DNA from: Azolla caroliniana
Taxonomy: Eukaryota > Plantae > Polypodiophyta
Length of the DNA stretch: 64,000 bases
Direction of reading: 5' to 3'
Assembly: GCA_043228905.1 (NCBI GenBank)
Contig: JBHGNT010000011.1
Location: 14,384,001-14,448,000 of the forward strand
In this document: piece by piece, positions 13,418 through 25,328 of the stretch
Layout: the number at the start of each line of letters is the position of its first letter
Position numbering within the stretch: position 1 is the stretch's first letter
Notes under the pieces: model-generated
Told to the model about the DNA's origin: nothing
The model's database searches: none
What the model saw: only the letters and a program-made list of their open reading frames with translations
Program-made: the position numbers and the translations under genes

Positions 13418-16400
13418 ATGCCTCTTACCGCTTCAACAGAAACCCGCGCCTGGCTCCAAGAACGAGGAATGGGCGGTTACCTGAAGATCATTGATGCCCT
13501 CGCACACCCAGATGCCCAAGGTGTGGCTAAACGTATAGGTCCCGAAGCCATCACCAACAACGTGCTTCGGGCTGTTTTGGACCTGCAACAGGGAGGGGAC
13601 CATGAGGTCGACATACCACCGGCATCGAAGATGAAAGCGTACTTCAGTGAGTACTCAACCTCATGGAAGGCATATTGCACGTATGGCGGTCCCAACAGAG
13701 CTTTCGGGGAGATTGCTCGTATATTAATGGAGTATGCGTTCGTGCATACGAACCCAACGAGCATGCCGCAGAATAAGGCAGCCATCATCATTAGCGCGTA
13801 TGAAGGAAACAGAATCGATTGGGGAATCATCACAGGCGAAGGACTCCGCGCCGCCTTAGCTTCATTTTAGTCCGGTAAGAAGATGTTGTTTGTTCTTACC
13901 CACTTTTTGATGGTTCTATACCCACCCTCTTCTCTTCCTTCCCCTCGCACACTCACGTCCCCACCACCACCACGAAGGCAGAAAGAGAAATTCGTTGCCA
14001 TCAGCCACGAAGCATGGGAGGAGCCCACATCGCCTTCACCTCCTGCCGCCGACCAAAACCCCGCATCTGCACCACCACCCAACCCCAACAAAAAAGGGCA
14101 GTTTTCGAGACCTGCCAAGAATGGGAGGAGGAGGTAGCCGTGGAGGACAACACGGCAGATGATGTCACCATTCGAGAGCCAATGTCGCGCCCCTTGGTAA
14201 CTTCCCCAGGGCCTAGCCCACGCCCCAACACACAGCACGCAGCACCACCACGACCCCAGAAAAGGAAGCAGGCGGAGGAAACGACACTACCGGCCCCGGA
14301 ACCCCAAACACAGCCGAGCAAGAGAAGACGACTCAACCGCGAGTCCTCGGCAGAACAGAAAGAGCCACAAGAGGAGCAAGCCTTAGTTGTCAGACAGAGC
14401 AACTTGGCCATCATCCCTGTGGAGGCATCGCTGAACCAGGGAAAGATCGAGCATGGGCAGACAACACAGATCTCGGAGGATGAAGTCCTCAGGTAAAAGG
14501 ACCTCCCCACGGAGGCTTACGAATTTAGTGCGCTCCTACGCCTCGGTACGACATTCGAGCTGGTCGACTTCCTCGCCAGAGCCCAAGTCGCGGCAACCGC
14601 TCGAATGGCGGAAGAGCACGCCGAAACAAAAATGATTCAACGCGCGCTATTAGGTGAAATTGAGCCCCAGGATGACAGGGCTTTACAAAAAATCGGGAGA
14701 AAGAAGCAGGCAAAACAGGCCGCTCTCCTCATGGATGTCCCCGAGTTGAACACGGCCCTTAACGAGGCATATAGGGACCTGGATCGCACTACGCGGGCAG
14801 CCAAAGACATGGCCTGAAAGATAAAAATAGCCCAAAAACAGGCTAAGATGGCTACAGAATTATGGCACGCTACGAAACAGAAGCTGGCAGCCTGGGAGCA
14901 AAACCGGCCGGAACAACAACTCTTGAGCCTTCCGGCCATGACAACCGAGGCCCTCCCAGCCCCTCTATGCATAACAATGATGGATGAAAGCACCGTCACA
15001 GATTCAATCCTAATGATGCAGGCCAGTACACAAACAGACTCGTTACAAATGGTCGATGCGTGCACAACAACCGAGGCGGCCATGCCCATGGAGAAGACCG
15101 AGATACCACCCCCTCGTGCACCCAAGGAGGTGGCAACCCAGACAGAACCCCCGCTCCGGGATTACCGCGCGGAGCTTAAAGAAGAACAACGGCGAACCGA
15201 GAGACACGAACAACGGCATCAGGAGGCGATGGCTCGCCTAAAAGAAGAAGCTTCCAAGCAGATGGCCGAGATTAGAGCCTAGGCCGACCAAAGGATACAC
15301 GAGCAGAACGAAGCACTGGGCCGGGTACAAGCGCAAGCCGCGGGCAAAGAAGCCGAACTCAAAAGCAAGCTGGAGGAATACGCAACCACAGTGGCAAAGA
15401 AAGAGAAGGAGGTCCTTGACCTACAGGCCGCGCTCGACAATGCGAAAGACTGGAACCACCGATAGGAGGAAAGAAATCGCCAACGGGAGGAGAGAATGAT
15501 CGCGGAGAATGCCGAGCTGTAGAGTCAGCATATGACCCTTAAAGAAATGGCTGACGAGTTTTTCATCAAATGCAAGCTACTTTTGGAGCAAAAAGACGAA
15601 TTATCGGATTCCTACTTCGCCCTACAAGAAGAGAGAATCGTCGAACGGGAACAAGTCCGGGTCGCGTGTCAAAAAGAACGGGAGAAAGCCACCGAAGAAC
15701 TAACCAAGCGTTACAAGCAGGCTATCCAACTCGTAACCGTGGATGCAAAGAACACTCAAGCCACCTATGAACTACGAGCAAAGAAGCTTCAGGCCGAGGT
15801 CGACGGCTTAAAACAAGAATTAGCAACCATCCAAGCACAGCCCGGCATGGATGAGACACGCATCAGAATACTGATCAAGAAACAATGCCAACACCTTACC
15901 AAAAAGGTCGAGGAAACATTAAGTCGCGTAGGAGAAGAATGGGCAGCCCAAGCTGCCGAATTGCATATTTTACGCGTCGACGCCGAGAACCGATGGAAGG
16001 AGGGCCGCGACTTCTACAAAATGGACGAAGCCAGCATACAAAACCTGAGTGCAGATTTAACCAAGGATTACCAGTCCTTGGCAAAATCTCACAACGCGGC
16101 AATCGAGCAAATAATGGAGGACTTCAATGACGGTCATATGTTGTTTCGCCTGGAAGTAGAAGCCTTCGAACGAGAACGACTCGCAACCGTCCCAACTAGC
16201 CCTCCAACGGGCACAGAGGAGAAGGAAGAACCTTCCAGCAAGGGGATCACGGACATGGCACAAGAGGAACTTGCCCCGGCCAACAGACATGCCATGGACG
16301 CCCACACGGTACCAGATCCAATCGAAGTAGAGGTTAGCGCCCTCGAACCCACACCCCCACTAGAAGAATCGGCCGCACTTGAGGCGGACGCCCGAGAAGA

Positions 16401-16509
16401 TATGAGACCCCTGGACCAAACTCAACCCCCCGCACCGACAGTCCAACGAGACCACCCTGCCACCACCCCGGACCCCAAAAACATCCTCGACATCTTAAAG
16501 GAGGAATGA
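13418..16509 (+). pseudogene. G1 extra sense ORF (~1030 codons): N-terminal globular region, P-rich linker, long coiled coil
   Basis: ORFs 13109/13883 share one frame and 14014/14605/14848/15532 share another, consistent with one ancestral ORF carrying one frameshift and several point stops. It lies between INT and the 3' LTR. Confidence 0.75.
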
Positions 16510-16935
16510 AACGAGGATCACGCCTAAAAGGCAATTTTTGTAATATTGTTAGTATTTTTGTAAGTCGTGGGTCCGACGGACAAGGTCCTGTCCCACGGGC
16601 GTGCCAGGTGTTGTCCAGAGGACAGAAATGTAAAATTAGGAAATTAGCAAACGCCGAGTTCGAGTATCACGGGCCACCGACGGCTCGGTTGTGTATTAGG
16701 GGAAAAGTTATTTAAACGAGGACCAATACCTTAGAGGAGGGAGAGAAGAAAAATATAGGCGGAAGCACTAGCTGAGTCCCTCGTAACTAGAGAATCTTGT
16801 AAGGTCACCGGCCGTAGGCCGTGTTCTGTAATATTTTTTCTGTCGCAGTAATATATCTGAATTGTGCCCAGTTTGTTCCATGTGTCTGTGCTTTGATTCA
16901 TACCTATGATTTCAACGCTGCCCACGCCTATCAAG

Positions 16936-17561
16936 TGACGGGAACTCAAACGCTCCTTATGTCCAACGCTCGGCCACAACCGAGCGTCTTTTCATACACA
17001 GAAAAACGGGAAACAAATGCACGACACAAAGGAGAGAAATTACACAGGAGGTTTACGTGGAAAACCCCAAACTAGGGGAAAAACCACAGCAGCCCACAGG
17101 CTGCAAACTGTCACTATGTAGTAATGTACAAAACAGTGAGTTCACGGAGGCAACGACCTCGTGCTCACGATCTTCGCCACAGACGGCGGTTACAACAGAG
17201 GCAGCGACCTCTTTCTCTCTCTCTCTCTGTACACTGTTACGTGCTGACTCTTCTTCTTGCACCAACAAGAAAAATAATGACAACTCACTTTCTAAAAGTT
17301 TGCCCTAATTCATATTTATACTAATATGACTTTTCAGCTATTTACAAATATAGCCTCGATGAATTCTCAGAAAACATATTTACGAATATGTCTCTTCATC
17401 CGGTTCATACCGAGTCTGCACCATCAGGCTCTCCGTAGCCGGGTACTCCTCATCCGGTCTTCACCGGGTCTGCACCATCCGGCTCTCCATAGCCGGGTAC
17501 TCCTCATCCGTTTCTGCACTATTCTTCTCCCTTCCCATCCGGAGGGACCTGTCTCCCAACA
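16936..17561 (-). mobile_element. Solo LTR S1 (Copia, C5-related family) inserted in the G1 3' LTR
   Basis: TG...CA termini and perfect 5-bp TSD TCAAG (16931-16935, 17562-17566). The G1 5' LTR shows the empty site. Shares ggtccctccggatggga and cggttgtggccg with the C5 LTR and S2. Confidence 0.95.
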
Positions 17562-17984
17562 TCAAGACCTCGCTAGTGTTTTCTCTCTGAGCCCTGTCTC
17601 TCTCTCGACGCCTCTGTTACGAGCCTTCATGTACCATGCCCTTGAATACCGATAGCCGCAGATCTATCGAAGGTGTTCACCCAAAGGAACGGGTAATACC
17701 GGAAGCCTAGTAGTAGCCTAGACTATTAGGTAGTTAATAGTCTCATAGTTAGTGTTAGATGCTCGTATGAGCATTGAAGTACACAATACTTCTGTCAGTC
17801 CTCTTAGGACTTGTATAAATAGTGTTGTTGAGCACGTTTTATGTACGGAGAACTATTGTTGTTTGTAATAGATTATTAACATTTTGCTCATTCTATGTCT
17901 CTCCTGCGTACTGTCAAGCTCTCCATTAAACCTACGTTTCTGTGTTTGGTTTTCTATTGCTTCCACACGCTACTCGTTTTTACA

Positions 17985-17996
17985 TGGTATCAGAGC
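17985..17996 (+). promoter_or_regulatory. Primer-binding site (tRNA-iMet) of C3
   Basis: TGGTATCAGAGC immediately after LTR-terminal CA. Confidence 0.95.
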
Positions 17997-18073
17997 GCGA
18001 GGGTTGAGAACCTCTGCAACCGACCTTAGCTTAAGAAGAAAAACAAACCTTCGTAAAGAACAGGAAAAACAAA

Positions 18074-18964
18074 ATGGATAGAGGAATGGCTAGCTTGCTC
18101 CCGGTGGAGAAGCTCGACAGAACCAACTATGCATCCTTGTCTTACAAGATGCACCAGTACCTACTTGGGCATGATTACTGGAGCTATGTCGACGGAGCTA
18201 ACGACACAACACCTGATGCGACACACAAGGACTTCCCTGTGTGGGAACAAGCGATAAGGAGAGTGATGTACTGCTTTGTGTCCAGTGTCGGAGACCAGCT
18301 GGTGAGCCATATCCGAGACGCCAAGACGCCCAAAGAAGCTTAGGGAAATCTGAAAAAGGTCTTCGCCGCAAGCACTACAACCAAGAAGCTTCAACTCAGG
18401 CAAGAGTTGAGCAATGTACGACAACGAGATATGTTGGTGGCTGACTACACCACCAAGATTAAAGAAAACTGTGACTCACTCGCCTCTGTCAACGTGAACA
18501 TCGAGGAGGACGAGATGGTGCATGTTTGTCTTGGTGGGTTAGCGTCCAAGTTCGGAGCTTTCCGAACGGTGGTTTGTACGAGGGAGAATACGCCGTCATT
18601 TTTCAACTTACAGTCGATGCTCCTTGTAGAGGAGAACCACGCCGGTGCGTCAACAAGTGCACCCATTGAGAACCAGATGTTTGTTGTACACGAAGGCGGA
18701 TCGGCCCTGTGGGCGTGGTAGACGAGGCCGGTTGGCTCGCAATGGTAGACGGCACAAAGAACGTGTTGACAACAGTTCCGGACCCTCCACAAGTAGGGGG
18801 AGTCAAGGTGGTGCCGGAGGCCGGCAAGCAAAGGCCGACACGGAATGCTGGTATTGTGGTAAAAAGGGCCACAAAGAAAGCGAGTGCTGGAAGAAGCGCG
18901 TTGATTCAGACAGATTTGGATCTGGCAAGCCCGGCAGAGAGAACCAACAATACTTGCACTATGC
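18074..18964 (+). pseudogene. Copia C3 gag (UBN2-type) with CCHC knuckle
   Basis: VEKLDRTNYASLSYKMHQYLLGHDYWSYVDG, ECWYCGKKGHKESECW. Contains a stop and a frameshift. Confidence 0.9.
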
Positions 18965-19672
18965 TGTCGAGGTATTCCTCGCGGATGCGTGGAATGAGGC
19001 GGGACCTCGGGGGTCTTGTACCGAAGAGCAAGAGAGAAAGGAGAAGGGAACCCACTACGTGCGAGCGTAGATTCGCAGGGACACGGCCCTTCGACACAAA
19101 GACGCGAGTGGGACAACGACACAGATAGACACGAATGTATGTATGTATTAACAAAGACAAACAACAAGAACACGAAGTCGGTTACAACTGAACAGGCCGG
19201 CGAACAGATGCCGATGACTGTTCGTAAACGCACAGAAAGAAAGGAGTAGGTTGGAGGTGCTGCCGGAAGCACTCGGGCATTCCTCAGAGCAGCGCGAGCC
19301 TCCCGAAACCTACGCAAAAAGAAGCTATGGAGTTTGGAAGAGAGAGAAGCCTTCGGCCTACAATCCGACAACAGTTCGTCCTCTCTTCCTTCGCGCCCCC
19401 TCCTCCTCCTCGTCTCCCTCCTTTTATAGGCAAGAAGGGAGCCGTTTCCTATTAACTTCCTACCTACCGAATCTACCTACCTAGGATCTCCCATGTCCCT
19501 AATTCTCTCCTATGTACACCATAAGGCGTACGCGCATGAAGAGCCGGTTCCTATGCTCCGGCGCACCGATTCCGCTCGTGGATGGTTTTCTTCACGACAT
19601 CCGCCCCCACCTAACTGCGCATCCACCGACATGCGCCAAATTGAGTTGGGACGGAGAAAACCGGTCCAGCCT

Positions 19673-22600
19673 TCATTCCCCGCCCGTCGGTTCTTCCTCG
19701 GTTTCGGATCGTTCGTCGTTCCGGTCCAGGTTAACCGGATCCGGCTCGTCGTCGTGACGCTTCTTGAACGCTTTGATCCGCTTCCCAGCTACCGGTATCG
19801 CCATTCTCGTGCCGTCGAGTTCCGCCAGATGGTACGTCCCGTTGTCGTTGGCGCTTTGTACCACGTAAGGCCCGAACCACCTTCTTGCGAACTTTCGTGC
19901 CGCTCGGTGCTGGTTGTCGAGGCTGTTGTCGTAGACTAGCACCCAGTCGCCTTCCTCGATCTTCTTCGGTCAGAGCCGGTGCGTCCAGTCGAACCGGGCT
20001 TTGTTCCTCGTCCTTGCATCCCGAAGCTTTTCCGCAGCCTGCTCCACGTCTTCCGGTCTTCGCTCGAGCTGTCGTATGCGCGCCGCCAACAGTTCCTCCC
20101 GGCTCATCTCGTCTCTCCAGGCCACGGTTGCCCATGAGGAGATCGTACGTTCCATCGGCATGATCGGCTTCTGCCCAAACATGAGCTCTGCCGGCATGAA
20201 TCCGGTTACCGAACTGTGCGTAGTTCGGTCCGCCCACAACGCGTAAGGCAGCAGCCGCGGCCAGTTCCCGACTTGACCTCCGCATGCCCGAACTAACGCC
20301 TTGACGATCGGTCCGTGTCCACGCTCCACCTTCCCATTCGCCTCCGGATTGTACGCAGTGGTAAGCGAGAGCTTGACTCCTAGCCGGTCGAACAGCTCCT
20401 CGGCCTCTTCGGCGTCCAACTCCCCGCGATCAGCCACGATCTTCCCGACGCACCCGTACCGGCATATCACGTCCTCGATCAGGAACCGACATACGGCCGC
20501 GGTCATTTTGTTCTGAAGGGCTCGACCTTCCACCTGGTTCGTCAGATCTTCCCGAGCCAGGACCAGATACCGCATCTGTCCTACGCCCATCGACATCGTC
20601 ACCAGATCTACCATCCATTTGAAGTGGATGGTCGGAGGGTACGTAGGGTGAAGCTCGTCCCGATGCCGGACTATGGAGTGCATCTGACAGCTCTAACAAG
20701 TTGTTACGAACCGATGCACGTCCCGGTACAGTCCCGGCCACTAGTACTTCCCTTTTATCTTCTCGAACGTGGCCCACGTTCCACGGTGTCCAGCCCAAGG
20801 GCTGTCGTGGTAGGCTGTCAGCAGCTCCTCCTGTTCTTCCTTCATCGCCACCACCCGGAGCGGGACGTCGTTCCTCTTCTTCGGGTGCTTCCATAAGTAT
20901 CCGTCCCGGAGAAAGAATCGGTAAGCTTTCTTCCGGATCCCGGTGGCCTCATCTCTCGTCCACGACGCATCCGGCGTCATTGTCCTCAAGAACCCACCGA
21001 TCTGTAGCCACTCGCCGTCGTACTTGCTCTTGTTGAAGTCGTTAAGTGTCGGAGTGCTCGTCCCATCGGTCGTCACGAACGCTGCTCCGAAGAAGTCCAC
21101 ACCGACTTCTTCGTCCTCCGAAACCATGCTGCCCTCGTCATCAAACCTCGCCCTCGAAAGCATGTCGGCCATGGCGTTGTCTTTTCCGGAAATGTGTCGT
21201 ATTTCCGGGTCCAGGGACTTGATGTACGCTATCCACCTGATCATCGCCAGGTCCGGTGTCACGCATCCGGAAACCATGCCGAGAATTGGCAGGCAATTCG
21301 TCTCGATAATCACTTCTGTCCCGATCAGGTAGTTTTTGTCGGCCTTTACTGCCGAAACGATACCCCAGAGTTCGCGTTTAACCTGGGCGTACCCTCGCTG
21401 TCGCTCACTGAGGACCTTTGCGCCGAATCGGATCGGGAACCGAATGCCGTCCTCGTTTTCTTGGTTGACGACCCATCCGATCCCAGTCGGGCTCGTATCC
21501 ACCGTTATGTATACCGGGGTACCCTTCTTGTAGACAGCCTTCCGGAGCGCCGGTGCTGCCGTAAGAGCTTCCTTCAGCTTCCGGACCGACTCTGTGTGCT
21601 CGTCTCGCCACTCGAATTTTCGCCCTTTCTTCAGCAACCCGTATAGCGGCTCTGCAACATGGGCGTAATGCGGGATCCATATGTGGTAGAATGCGCATGC
21701 CCCGAGGAACCTCCGAACTTCCGTAACCGAGCTACAATCGGTCTTCATCGTGGAGATGGCTTCTACCTTTGCCGGAGACGGCTTCCGGCCATATGGTCCG
21801 CATAGGTGTCCGACCACCAGGATTTCCGATTGCCCGAAGGCTGATTTCTCCCCGGAGAAGGTGAGCCTCGCATCCTCTAGCCTTTGTAGTACCTTCTCGC
21901 AGTCGTCGATGTGTGTTGCCACGAATCGCCGACATCCGTCCGGTCCGAGTGTTGCGTCCTTCTCTTCTACCGGGCACCCCTTGATCAGAATGTCGTCTAG
22001 AAATGGCATGGTGATGTCCGGGATGCAATCCCTCAGTACCTTGTTCATTGCATTCACCATGTGGGCCACCAAGTTGGTCCCTCCTTGTGGCAGGGTTCAC
22101 ATTCGCACTAGGCCGAGGGGAGTTCGCATCGTCGTAATGTCTCTGCTCTCCACGGCTAGCTGGAACTGGTCGTACCCCGAGTACAGATCACCGACCGAGT
22201 AAATCGACCTTCCGGCGAAGGCCTCCGCGAACTTGTCTATGGTCGGTCCGATTCCTACGTTCCGAATGGTCACTCTGTTGACCGGCTGCAGGTCTTGAAT
22301 GAAGCGCAATGTTCCGTTTTTCTTTGGTACGGTAAACCATCGGTTCGAGTATGGCGCGCTCGACGGTTCGAGAAGACCCATATCGACTTTCTGCCTCAGT
22401 AGCTCCATCAACTCCGAGATGTGAGCTCTTGGTACCGGAATCGGCTTGAGATTCCACGGCACATGCGGTACCGTGAATATCACCATCGGCTCCACGATTG
22501 TCGGGTCTACGCACCCGATCTCTTCCGGCGAAAATGCGAAGGCTTTCCCGTGCCTTCCGAGCATTCTCCGAAACCGGTCTTCCTCCACCGGCAGTAGGAA

Positions 22601-23176
22601 CCCGCCCCCACCGATCTTGAGCTCCCGGAGCGTCCCGTCGGTGAAGGTGTGTCCTATGCAGGCCGGATCTCATAAACTGGGGTCCGACGCAACCCCTCTG
22701 ATTCGGGACTCGTTGCCCTCCGGTAAGGGTGTTGCGACTGGCCTTACCTTCCGGTCCACAGTCTTGTACTTCGTCCTAACTCGGGCCGTCCGATCCGACC
22801 GGAGCCCCTGGCTGAAGTTCGCGATGACTTCGTACATCTCTTCGGAACATACCGGTATCGTCCGGTCTTCGTTAAGGTCTTCTCCGGCTACCTTCCTCAG
22901 CATCCCCAAGGTGTCGTCGAAGGAGACCGCCTCCACGGCCCCGCTGATTTCCTCGCCCGGGCCGAGAACTCCGCTCGCTCGAAGTTGCACTTCCGCCCTT
23001 GCCTTTTCTCGGCCAACAATGCCGACTAGCATACACCCTCCGTTGTTGGAGAAGCAAAATTTCCTACCTATCATACAAGGTTTCTTCGGTTTCGGTTCTA
23101 TCGTACAGCTGTGGGGTCTTTCCCGAGTGTCCGAGCTGTCTTGGCCCCACGCCTCGGCAGCCCTCTCTAAAAATCC
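19673..23176 (-). pseudogene. G2 pol (RT-RNase H-integrase) in the -1 frame relative to the protease
   Basis: ORFs starting at 23074, 22588, 22072, 20683 and 19942 share one frame. WFTVPKKNG, PFLDDILIKG, ITVDTSPTGIG, HDSPWAGH, WMVDLV, VADRG, NGKVERGH, WFGPY. Confidence 0.92.
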
Positions 23177-25315
23177 TCCCGGTTTTCGCCACCGAGGGAT
23201 TCGCGGTTACGCTCGTGGTTCGGTCGCACCGTCAGAAATTGGACCGAATGGCGCCCGTCCTGGCTTTTGACCCTCGCGTAGGCCGAACCGTTGTCTAGCA
23301 CCTTGGTCTCCATCCGCGCCGCCGTGATGTATGGTTCCCCTAATATGACCGGGTGCGAGGACGTCTCCTGTACGAAGAAGTGCTGGTCAATCTCGACGTC
23401 GCCAATCTTGACTCGCACGTTCGGGCAGGCCCCGTGCAGTTCCTCAGTGGCGCGCGTCGCCGCTCGTATCTTCCACCCGTGCTTGGTGTTGATCGGCCAC
23501 TTTCCCTTCTTATAGAAGTCCATGGACATCAGGTTTATTTCCGAACCGTGGTCCACCAATGCCACCACCGGTTCCTGAACATCTCCGATCTTTACCGGGG
23601 TCTCCATGGTCGCTCGGGCCCAGTGTGGCCTTGAATAGTGGCTCTCCGCCCACTCATCTTCCAGCGCCATGTCGTCGATGTGCGTCGTCCGCACCTCCAC
23701 CGGTCTTTCCGGTTCCGTCTCCGTCAACAGCCTCTTCCGTTTCACCAGGTCCACAATGGAGTCGTGGAACTCCTTCTTGGTGATCCCTAGCACCTCTCGC
23801 AATGACAACTCCACTTTGCTGTCGAGGATCCGTTCTTCTAGGACCTTTCGTAGGTCCGTAGTCCTTTCTATTTCCGTCCCCAGTCGGTATCTGTCCTTCC
23901 TGGGGTTATCTTGCGAGCTGGACCCACCGGCATCGTTCCGTCGTTGCCCGAATCGGGTCTCGTACCGTTGTGAGGGCCCGGCTGCTCCGGCTTTCCCCAC
24001 TCGTTTGTCCTCTACCAGAGCCTCGTAGTTCCGGCAGGCGGCTTCTACGAAGCCCGTCTTCTCCTCGACCGGGTCGCTCCACCCGGTTATTTCCCGGACC
24101 CGTCTCACGGCGTGGTCCGTTTCATCTTTCCTTAGCTGTGCGCCGGCAAGACCTTCCAGCATGGCTGAATCCGTCTTTGCCCTCCTTTTGGGCCTCGCTG
24201 CCCCCGACCCGAATGCCGGCCGACGCCGAGTAGTGGATGGCCTCCACGTGTCGGGCCGCTGCCTCTTCCATCAGTCTCTTCATTCCTCCTCGCCCGTCGT
24301 TTCGGTTCAGGGCCCTTCTAGTGTCGCCGGCGTGCACCCGGCCTTCCCACAGGTATACCACCTGGTTCCTCAACGCTTCTGCGAAATCGCCGCAGTCCTT
24401 CCGGATGTGGCCGACCTCCTCGCACCACATGCACCTATTCCCTGCTACCGGCCGTCGGTCACGAGCCGGTTCGCCGCCTTCCCTTCGAGTCTGGGCGATC
24501 TGGAGATCCTTTATCGCCCGCGTCAACTCCTCCAGTGCTGCTCCTCCGGACGAGCCACTGACCATGCCGGTCGAAGCCGGACCGGTTTCGAGCCATTCCC
24601 GGGTTTCTTCCCTTCGCCCTTGTGGTGCCGGTTCAAGCCTCCTTGCTGTGACAGAGCCCGCACCAGCCGCCCCGTTGTCAGCCCATTCTCGCTGTTTGTC
24701 GAAACAGCCACAGACTCTCTTAACCGCAGCCCAGTCGGTCGTCAGCCCGTCTTCGGTTTCCAGCAAGGAGCCAACTTGATCCCGGTCCCGCTCGTCCACT
24801 TACTTGACGAACAGTAGGACCCGGATCGTATCCAGAACGGTTCGGTCAAGCGCCGAAAGGCGCGCAAAGCGTTCTTCGAATTCCCGGAGGAGTGCCGACG
24901 CGTTTCTTCCCTTGCCGGGGGACTCCACCCATTCCATGAAGTCTCGTTTCGAAAGCCGGAGCGCGTCGTCCAGCCCGTATTTTTCCAAGAGTCGTCCTTC
25001 GAACTCCTCCCAAGTACGGCTCTCCGCCCGCACCTCAAGCACCTCCGCATGGATGCTCGGCATCGCCACTCGAGGAAACCCGGCAAGACGCCTCTGTTCC
25101 GGAATGTCCCGCATCAGCATTTCTTCCCCGTAGGACGCCAAATACTTCGTGGCATCCTTTCCGCTGAACCGGCCGATCGTACCGACAACTGCCTCAATGG
25201 CTCTGTCGAGGGCGCCGGAGCCCTCGCGTGTGCTCAATATCCGATCCACGGCCGAAGCCATGGCCTTCGCAAGATCCGACCCTTTCATCTTCTGCTCTTC
25301 TGCAGCCTCCTTCAT
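23167..25315 (-). pseudogene. G2 gag-protease ORF (CMWCEEVGHIRKDC knuckle, DUF4100-like region, aspartic protease)
   Basis: GRFSGKDATKYL, CCHC knuckle, VVALVDHGSEINLM, VILGEPY. One stop and one frameshift near 24170; ends ...EDF*. Confidence 0.85.
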
Positions 25316-25328
25316 GTCGGGTTCACCA
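25312..25328 (-). promoter_or_regulatory. PBS of G2, complementary to tRNA-Trp 3' end
   Basis: Minus strand TGGTGAACCCGACaTGA, 3 nt after the LTR. Plant tRNA-Trp ends ...TCACGTCGGGTTCACCA (from memory). Confidence 0.85.

Larger units (their letters stand above)
7002..17698 (+). mobile_element. Full-length Ty3/Gypsy element G1 (non-chromovirus, Athila/Tat-like) with large 3' extra ORF
   Basis: 459-bp LTRs at 7002-7460 and 16609-17698 (the latter carries a solo-LTR insertion); ~14 differences counted by eye. TSD ccaga/ccgga (6997-7001, 17699-17703). Domain order gag-PR-RT-RH-INT; no chromodomain or extra RNase H seen. Confidence 0.95.

Noticed and set aside
16497-16508. Purine run aaaggaggaa followed by TG as the G1 PPT
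   Set aside because: LTR-LTR identity and the TSD place the LTR start at 16609, ~100 bp downstream. At most a vestigial or internal PPT.
17391-17520. Short spaced repeats in LTRs resembling a CRISPR-like array
   Set aside because: Degenerate tandem U3 repeats within Copia LTRs; no unique spacers or cas genes, and the context is eukaryotic.
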